This document shows, in pieces, positions 1-5,864 of a DNA stretch of 29,088 bases (its first letter is position 1; each line of letters starts with the position of its first letter). Below the pieces are notes generated by a model. It was not told the DNA's origin. It saw nothing but the letters and a program-made list of their open reading frames with translations, and did no database searches. The stretch covers positions 1-29,088 of the forward strand of contig RFIU01000334.1 in NCBI GenBank assembly GCA_003695555.1, in the 5' to 3' direction. The translations under genes and the position numbers were made by a program. Origin of the DNA: Alphaproteobacteria bacterium. Lineage in GTDB: Bacteria > Pseudomonadota > Alphaproteobacteria > Sphingomonadales > Rhodothalassiaceae.

Positions 1-27
1 GATAAGACCGGCGAGTGCTCCCGTCAT
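1..27 (-). CDS. Probable start of the gene downstream of pstS (MTGALAGLI..., runs off the left edge); possibly the phosphate ABC permease PstC
   Basis: ATG at 27 with GGAGG 9 nt upstream, co-oriented just after pstS. Only 9 codons are visible, so identity rests on context alone. Confidence 0.3.
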
Positions 28-57
28 CCGTCGTTTCCTCCCTTCATCCGATGATCA

Positions 58-85
58 CCGGGACGGGCGCTTCCACCCGCCCCGG
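58..85 (-). other. GC-rich stem-loop after the pstS stop (mRNA-stabilising or attenuating hairpin)
   Basis: Minus strand reads CCGGGGCGGG-tggaagcg-CCCGTCCCGG: a 10-bp stem with one G.U pair and no U-tract. This position is typical between binding-protein and permease genes in ABC operons. Confidence 0.5.
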
Positions 86-114
86 CGAAAACCTCTGGCC
101 GGAAGACGATCCGA

Positions 115-1170
115 TCACTTCCAGACCGGCGCGCCCTTCGGGTCACGAATTCGTTCGGTCCAGGTCCGCTCCACCATCTTCACGATCTTGTCCGGCATCG
201 GAACATAGTGAAGATCAATGGCCATCTTCTGCCCGTGATGGAAGGCCCAGTCAAAGAATTTGAGGACCGCGCGGGTGCGCTCGGGCTTATTGGCATCGGC
301 ATATACCAGAATGAAGCTCGCCCCTGTGATCGGCCAGCTTTCGGCACCAGGTTGATCGGTCAGGATCAGATAATAGCCCTTGGCATGTGCCCAGTCGGCA
401 CCGGCAGCGGCCGCCTGAAAGCTTTCGACGGTCGGCGCCACGAAGTGCCCTTCGCGATTCTTCATCAGCGCATACTGCATGCGGTTCTGAACGGCATAGG
501 CATATTCGACATAGCCAATGCCGCCCTTGATCCGCTTGACGTAGGAGGCGACCCCCTCATTGCCCTTGCCACCGATGCCGGTCGGCCAGGAAACCGCCTT
601 GGCATTACCGACCTTGCTGCGCCACGTATCGCTCACTTTGGCAAGATAGCTGGTGAAGATGAAGGTAGTGCCCGATCCATCGGCGCGGTGGACGACCGTG
701 ATCCGCATGTCGGGCAGGTCGAGTCCCGGATTGAGCGCCGCGATCGCCGGATCGTTCCATTTGCGGATGTGGCCGAGGAAGATATCGGCGAGCGTCCTGC
801 CGTCGAGCCTGAGGCCGCCCGGCTTCAAGCCCGGCAGATTGACCACCGGCACGACACCGCCCATGATCTGCGGCCACTGGATGAGTCCGTACTTCTCCAG
901 CTCCGAAGGCTTCATGGGCGCGTCCGACGCACCGAAATCGACAGTCTTCGACTTGATCTGCTTGATACCCCCGCCCGAGCCGATCGACTGGTAGTTCAGG
1001 CGAATGCCCGTCTTGGCCTCATAGGCCTTCGCCCAGGCAGAATAGATCGGATAAGGAAAGGTCGCACCTGCGCCGTTGATCTGCTTGACTTCTCCAGCCC
1101 GGGCCGGTGCTGCGAAGAGCAGTCCGAGCACGAAGACGGCGGCAAGATAGTAGATTCGTTGAAGCATCAT
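115..1170 (-). CDS. pstS: Phosphate ABC transporter periplasmic binding protein PstS (351 aa)
   Basis: Signal peptide MMLQRIYYLAAVFVLGLLFAAPARA, then the motifs GAGATFPYP, YQSIGSGGG, DFGASD, RADGSGTT, GKGNEGV and GYVEYAYA. GGAGG RBS precedes ATG 1170; the ORF-track start at 1317 is too long. Confidence 0.97.
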   Translation of the reverse strand: MMLQRIYYLAAVFVLGLLFAAPARAGEVKQINGAGATFPYPIYSAWAKAYEAKTGIRLNYQSIGSGGGIKQIKSKTVDFGASDAPMKPSELEKYGLIQWPQIMGGVVPVVNLPGLKPGGLRLDGRTLADIFLGHIRKWNDPAIAALNPGLDLPDMRITVVHRADGSGTTFIFTSYLAKVSDTWRSKVGNAKAVSWPTGIGGKGNEGVASYVKRIKGGIGYVEYAYAVQNRMQYALMKNREGHFVAPTVESFQAAAAGADWAHAKGYYLILTDQPGAESWPITGASFILVYADANKPERTRAVLKFFDWAFHHGQKMAIDLHYVPMPDKIVKMVERTWTERIRDPKGAPVWK

Positions 1171-1264
1171 GGCCTCCCGGCGAATGAATTCTCTGTTTGC
1201 GTTCCCTGCGTTCCGAAACTTGGATGCACGGAACAACCGACGGGAACCTCCCGACGGTGAGGCG

Positions 1265-1298
1265 ACCCTAGTCGGCCTGTGTGACACTGAGATTACGC
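1265..1298 (-). promoter_or_regulatory. Pho-box-like promoter for pstS
   Basis: Minus strand GCGTAAT-ctca-GTGTCAC (1298-1281, 11-bp period), followed exactly 10 nt later by the -10-like TAGGGT (1270-1265). This is canonical PhoB promoter geometry, with a degenerate first half-site. Confidence 0.6.
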
Positions 1299-1330
1299 TT
1301 TCATCCACTTTCCGCACCTTCGGCCTAAGG

Positions 1331-1364
1331 CTGCAATGTGATTGTCACAAAGGCATTCCAAGAT
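1331..1364 (+). promoter_or_regulatory. Pho-box-like promoter for phoU-phoB
   Basis: CTGCAAT-gtga-TTGTCAC (1331-1348), followed 10 nt later by CAAGAT (1359-1364) as a -10-like element. Confidence 0.65.
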
Positions 1365-1456
1365 AGTGATCGAACGGCTAGGATGACGATGCCGCCACTG
1401 ATTTAGGCCGGCAGGTCAATCCCGATTCGAACAAGCGCACGCAAGCGAGTGACGCC

Positions 1457-2182
1457 ATGACGATGCAGCATACCCTCAAGGCCTATGATGAGGAACTCGA
1501 ACGTCTTCGCGCCCACATCAGCGAGATGGCAGGCCGTGCGGATGCCGAGCTGGCCGATGCGATCCGCGCCCTGCTCGAACGCGACAGCGCCCTCGCCGAA
1601 GACGTCATCGCACGCGACCGGCAGCTTGACGAGATGGAAGCCGAAGGCGAACGCATGGCGATCCGGATCATCGCACTGCGTTCGCCGGTGGCCGACGACC
1701 TGCGCGAGATCATGGCGATGACCAAGATCATCAATGCGCTGGAGCGGGTCGGGGATTACGCCAAAAACATTGCCAAGCGCGCGACCGTGCTGATCCATGC
1801 TTTGCCCGAGGCTCCATCCCAGCTCATCGGCCTGCTGACGAGCGAGGTGAGGCGAATGCTCTCGGACGTCATGGATGCCTTCGTCCGTCATGATGCCGAT
1901 GCGGCGATCGAGGTCTGGGAACGCGATGCACGGGTGGACGCGATCTATGACAGCCTGTTCCGCGAACTGCTGACCTACATGATGGAAAATCCGAAGCGGA
2001 TCACGCCGAGCACGCATCTCCTTTTCATCGCCAAGAATCTCGAGCGTGTCGGTGATCAGGCGACCAATATCGCCGAAGTCGTCTATTTCGCGATCCGTGG
2101 CGAACAGCTCCCCGACCACCGACCGAAGGGCGACGAGAGCGCCTATCTTCAGGATCCCGCCAGCGGCGAAAAGGCCGGGTGA
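1457..2182 (+). CDS. phoU: Phosphate signalling complex protein PhoU (241 aa)
   Basis: Two PhoU repeats with the motifs RDRQLDEME, LERVGDYAKNIA, DARVDAIY and NLERVGDQATNIAE; lies between pstS and phoB. Confidence 0.97.
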   Translation: MTMQHTLKAYDEELERLRAHISEMAGRADAELADAIRALLERDSALAEDVIARDRQLDEMEAEGERMAIRIIALRSPVADDLREIMAMTKIINALERVGDYAKNIAKRATVLIHALPEAPSQLIGLLTSEVRRMLSDVMDAFVRHDADAAIEVWERDARVDAIYDSLFRELLTYMMENPKRITPSTHLLFIAKNLERVGDQATNIAEVVYFAIRGEQLPDHRPKGDESAYLQDPASGEKAG

Positions 2183-2225
2183 AGCGCGTGCATCGGCCGG
2201 GGAGCAAGCCCAGGGCAGGAAAATC

Positions 2226-2957
2226 ATGGCAAGACAGCGTGACGATCGCCCGCTCGTCCTGTTGATAGAGGACGATCCGGCCATCGCCGAACTGGTGCGC
2301 TACAATCTGGAAAACGCCGGTTTCGCCATGGCGCTCGCCTTCGACGGCGAAGAAGGCATGCTTCAGGCATGCGAGCGTGCGCATGATCTCATCATCATCG
2401 ACTGGATGCTGCCGCACCTGTCCGGCATCGAGATCTGCCGGCGTCTGCGGCGACGCCCCGAAACCCGCAATACGCCGATCATCATGCTGACTGCGCGAGG
2501 CGAGGAAGCGGACCGGATCCGTGGTCTCGAAACCGGTGCCGACGACTATCTGACCAAGCCCTTCTCGCCGCGCGAACTGATCGCGCGCATACAGGCGGTG
2601 CTGCGCCGGGTCCGGCCTGCGCTAAGCGGCGAAGAGCTTGAATATGCCGGAATCAGACTCGACCCCGTGCGCCACCGTGTCGAACGCGATGGGCGGACGC
2701 TGAAAATGGGTCCGACAGAATACCGCCTTCTCCGCCACTTCATGGAACACCCGGGCCGCGTCTTCAGCCGCGAGCAGCTGCTCGATGCCGTCTGGGGCCA
2801 TGATGCCGATGTCGAGATCCGTACCGTCGATGTCCATATCCGCCGCTTGCGAAAGGCGCTTATCGCGCCTGGCGAAGCGGACCCGATCCGTACCGTGCGC
2901 GCCGCCGGCTATGCGCTGGATATGCCGAGCGACCCTTCTCTTCGAAAAAAAGCATGA
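2226..2957 (+). CDS. phoB: Phosphate regulon response regulator PhoB (243 aa)
   Basis: Receiver domain (LLIEDD, IIDWMLP, IMLTARGEE, DDYLTKPFS) plus OmpR-type winged helix (FSREQLLDAVWG, RTVDVHIRRLRK). AGGA RBS precedes ATG 2226. Confidence 0.96.
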   Translation: MARQRDDRPLVLLIEDDPAIAELVRYNLENAGFAMALAFDGEEGMLQACERAHDLIIIDWMLPHLSGIEICRRLRRRPETRNTPIIMLTARGEEADRIRGLETGADDYLTKPFSPRELIARIQAVLRRVRPALSGEELEYAGIRLDPVRHRVERDGRTLKMGPTEYRLLRHFMEHPGRVFSREQLLDAVWGHDADVEIRTVDVHIRRLRKALIAPGEADPIRTVRAAGYALDMPSDPSLRKKA

Positions 2958-2993
2958 ATAGCGGATCACACGGAAAACGTCGCCTTCCCGGGA

Positions 2994-3719
2994 TCACGAA
3001 AGAACGGCCAGAATCCGTTCCTGCCCATCGCAGCGCCAGCGCAGATGCCTTGCTCGCGCTTGCCGGACGACAGCCAGAGCCTGAGGCACCAGGATACCGG
3101 CCAGAGTCCTGTTCACAAGCGGAGGATCGCGCTCGCCGAAGACCTGCTGGATGAGAATTTCCCCCCGGGCATGTGCCTCGGCCCGGCGCAGACATGGATG
3201 CGTGCCTGCCCCCCAACAGCCATCGGCATCCCGCAGCAGGACGGAAAAGGCAGGTGGCGTGCGCCACCCGGCAGACCGCTTGATGATCCGCAGCGGATGG
3301 CGCCCGTCACCGGCGTTCGCCCGCCAGCGGGCGAGCATCAGCTTGTCCAGCAGGTCGTGACGTGCGCGGCAATCGGCCAAGCGCGCATCCGCCGCCGAAC
3401 CGACAGCGAGCGAGCGGTCGATATTCCGTAATCGAACGAGCAGCGGTCGGCGTGCTGCCCATCCAAGGCGCCGCACCAGCCATCGCTCGGCGCACTCGCG
3501 TATGGCGCCTTCGCACGCCGCGATCATGCGACCGGCGCACCCGTATCCCTTGGCCGGCGCATCGGAAGAGGAGCCGATCACCGACGCATGCGCTATCCAG
3601 TACGCCCGATCGCCGCCGACAACGGACCGGGCGCCGACAATGCGCGCCTCGATCCACGCCTCCTGCCCCCGGAAGGCGATCCGCGCCAGCCGCCGTTCGG
3701 GGCCGTGGAGCGGCCACAC
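2994..3719 (-). CDS. Compact, divergent YcaO-like protein (241 aa; GTG start uncertain)
   Basis: Three YcaO-like motifs in the correct order: GYGCAGRMIAACEGAIRECAER (aa 58-79), GSAADARLADCRARHDLLDKLMLARW (107-132) and GAGTHPCLRRAEAHARGE (170-187). RBS is weak and rare codons (ATA, CGA, GGA) occur. Confidence 0.62.
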   Translation of the reverse strand: MWPLHGPERRLARIAFRGQEAWIEARIVGARSVVGGDRAYWIAHASVIGSSSDAPAKGYGCAGRMIAACEGAIRECAERWLVRRLGWAARRPLLVRLRNIDRSLAVGSAADARLADCRARHDLLDKLMLARWRANAGDGRHPLRIIKRSAGWRTPPAFSVLLRDADGCWGAGTHPCLRRAEAHARGEILIQQVFGERDPPLVNRTLAGILVPQALAVVRQARARHLRWRCDGQERILAVLS

Positions 3720-3734
3720 CCTTGCGATCCGTCG

Positions 3735-4496
3735 CTATTTGAGTGCAGCCGCGAGATCCTCGCCACGCACCTCTCGCCCGCCGACTGAGCGGAATGCCAG
3801 CGCGTTGTGATGCGCCCACTGCGTCTGCCGCGTATCAATCGCCAGCCACAGCCGCGACGAATTCAGGCAGAAAGGCATCAGCGGCGAATCCGCTTCGCGA
3901 ATCTGCAGCGCCAGCGGCGTCTTCGCATCTCCACCGGCCACGCCGCGCTCCTCAAGGCGGCAGGCCAGCGCGGCAAGTTCGTCAAGATCGCGCTGATGCA
4001 GACGCAAGATGCCGGCGTCCCCCTCTTCGATCATGGCACGCCGGTTTTCCTCCATCCAAGAGGAGTCGCATGGCAGGAATGCGTCCGTCTCTCGTGCTCG
4101 CACGCCCTCCTCGCTTTCCAGAAACGCACGATAGCCTTCCGCGCGTTCGCGAAGATGGTCGTCCCGGCACAAGGGCGACCGTTCGTCGGTGCGCATCACA
4201 TCGAGCGACGCGCGCGCACGATCAAGTGCCGAGCGATAGCTTCGCAGGGCGTCCTCGATCCGGGAAACCAGCCGCGCGCACAGCACCGGCTCATCCTTCA
4301 ACGCTACCTCGCCGAGCAGCACATCCTCGATCACCTCGTTGAAGAGCAGGAAGTGCCGGTGTGCCGCGAACAGGTCTCGGCTGAAGAGCAGAAGCGCGAA
4401 ATGATGAAAGTCGTCATCGACGACAGTTGGCTCGCCGGAACGCGCAAATGCTCCGATCCGCCTGCCATTGCTTTTGTCACAATTTATGCCGCCCAT
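3735..4496 (-). CDS. Hypothetical protein (253 aa), His/Glu/Asp-rich, probably helical and soluble
   Basis: Strong RBS (AAAGGGAGAGG) before ATG 4496, high GC at third codon positions and natural amino-acid composition. I recognised no family. Confidence 0.75.
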   Translation of the reverse strand: MGGINCDKSNGRRIGAFARSGEPTVVDDDFHHFALLLFSRDLFAAHRHFLLFNEVIEDVLLGEVALKDEPVLCARLVSRIEDALRSYRSALDRARASLDVMRTDERSPLCRDDHLRERAEGYRAFLESEEGVRARETDAFLPCDSSWMEENRRAMIEEGDAGILRLHQRDLDELAALACRLEERGVAGGDAKTPLALQIREADSPLMPFCLNSSRLWLAIDTRQTQWAHHNALAFRSVGGREVRGEDLAAALK

Positions 4497-4693
4497 GATC
4501 CTCTCCCTTTGCCGGCCGCTTGCCTGCGAGGCGGGATCCCGCCCGCAAACGTGTCCGGTCGCTGGTGTTTCCACCTGATGAAAGGTGATGCCGCAGCCGG
4601 CACACCTTCACGCAATGTGCCTTCGACACCTCGCGAATGACGGGTACCGCATCTGCCTGTCCATGATCTGACGAGACGGCACCCGTTTTATGG

Positions 4694-4718
4694 AACGCCC
4701 GTTTTGGTGGATTGTTCC
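4694..4718 (-). promoter_or_regulatory. EcfG/sigmaT (general stress response ECF sigma) type promoter motif
   Basis: Minus strand GGAAC (4718-4714), a 16-nt spacer and CGTT (4697-4694) match the alphaproteobacterial GGAAC-N16-CGTT consensus exactly. It lies in an AT-rich intergenic patch and points at 4496. Confidence 0.6.
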
Positions 4719-4740
4719 AATGTTTATTCTTTCTAACATT
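4719..4740. promoter_or_regulatory. Inverted repeat AATGTT-N10-AACATT abutting the putative -35 element; possible transcription-factor site
   Basis: Perfect 6-bp inverted arms in an AT-rich patch of a roughly 65% GC genome. Confidence 0.35.
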
Positions 4741-4856
4741 AGACATCCAAGGACGATAGAAAGCCGTGGTTGCGGGCTGACGAGATAATCCGACCGGCAG
4801 GCCATATTCCCGGCTTCGCGTCAGGGGGGAACAAGCGCCGGTGTCGTGTCAGCCGG

Positions 4857-5864
4857 TCATGATGTCGGGAAAAAAACACCTTGCCATGCCAGCGCCAGGG
4901 CTGGTCCGAGGGCGGCTGCGATGAGATAGCGCGCTATTGCAGGCCACGGGAGGCTCCGCAAAGAACCGGCAGGCGGCAATGGAATCGGACTTGCGGATCT
5001 GTCCTTTCGGCTTCGCCGCTCCGTCCAGGGGATGGCGAGCGCAAAGCTCAAGCCCAGGGTGATGAGGAAGAAGATTTCCCCATAAAGACGGTGATCGATG
5101 GCGTTCGCCCGCGCCGCACCGATCGCGGCGGCGAGCGCGACGATGCCGGCAGCGCGAAGCGCATTGGCCAGGACCGGCACGATGATGAAAACGGCCGTGA
5201 CCGCCATTCGTCTGACCGGCCGCCTGGCAGCGACATGTGCGAACAGCAGGCCGACGGCAAGGGATGCGAAGAGATAGCGAATGCCCGAACAGGCCGCTTC
5301 GATCGAGAAGCGGGCAAGTCCCTGGGGTGTCATCAGCTCGATCACGAATCGGTCCCTGAGATGGGCTATTTCCATCAGATCGAGCAGCCCCACCGCAAGA
5401 TCAGCGGTTAATCGCTGCAGGGGTGCGATCAGCGACAAGCCGGCCGGCACGGCAAGCAGCAGATAGAAGAGCGGGAAACGCATTCGCCATGCCATCGGCC
5501 AGCCGACCATCGCCGGCACCGCCCCTGCGAGCAGCAGGATGGCAGCGAGGTGCATTCCGATGTCGATATCGGCAAGCCAGGCCGCAAACCACCCCCAGGA
5601 AACGACCGCCGCCGGCAGCCAGCCGAGGGGCCCGATGACCGGGGCGGCACCCGGCAGATGGCGAAGGCGGTGAAGGATCATTGCAATCGCGACCAGAAGG
5701 ACCACGGGGCCATGATGAAAGATGACATTGCCGCTCCATACCCGCCAGAGGTCGCGCCATGTCGGCAAAGTGATCAGCACGAGCGCCAGCCAGACGAGGA
5801 TGACAGCATAAAGCGGCGCCAGGTCAGGCAGCCCAGGTCGGCGGCCGTTCGGTGAAGCGATCAT
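4857..5864 (-). CDS. xrtA: Exosortase (XrtA/EpsH family) without a fused EpsI domain (335 aa)
   Basis: About 8 hydrophobic segments, with the catalytic Cys (IEAACSGIRYL), Arg (NALR) and His (AIDHRLYG) all present. ATGA overlap with the upstream GT gene. Context is exosortase-A type. Confidence 0.85.
   Translation of the reverse strand: MIASPNGRRPGLPDLAPLYAVILVWLALVLITLPTWRDLWRVWSGNVIFHHGPVVLLVAIAMILHRLRHLPGAAPVIGPLGWLPAAVVSWGWFAAWLADIDIGMHLAAILLLAGAVPAMVGWPMAWRMRFPLFYLLLAVPAGLSLIAPLQRLTADLAVGLLDLMEIAHLRDRFVIELMTPQGLARFSIEAACSGIRYLFASLAVGLLFAHVAARRPVRRMAVTAVFIIVPVLANALRAAGIVALAAAIGAARANAIDHRLYGEIFFLITLGLSFALAIPWTERRSRKDRSASPIPLPPAGSLRSLPWPAIARYLIAAALGPALALAWQGVFFPTS

Noticed and set aside
4462-4480. 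Pho-box-like CTGCCAT-tgctt-TTGTCAC
   Set aside because: The spacer is 5 nt rather than 4, which breaks the 11-bp period, and the site lies inside a coding region pointing away from any gene start.
4555-4580. CAGGTGGAAACACCAGCGACC resembles part of the ZTP (pfl) riboswitch
   Set aside because: The GGGG before AGCGAC, the 5' GUGACUGG segment and the 3' pseudoknot hairpin are missing. It also does not fit glycine, lysine, guanidine, TPP, cobalamin, SAM or c-di-GMP consensus as I recall them.
4477-4805. Small ORFs upstream of the unknown/YcaO unit (4477-4746, 4608-4805 and the nested 18-aa MDRQMRYPSFARCRRHIA at 4664-4608) as RiPP precursor or leader peptide
   Set aside because: None has an RBS, a leader/core architecture or a Cys/Ser/Thr-rich core, and the longer ones run across the promoter elements. 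The 18-aa ORF cannot be fully excluded without Ribo-seq.
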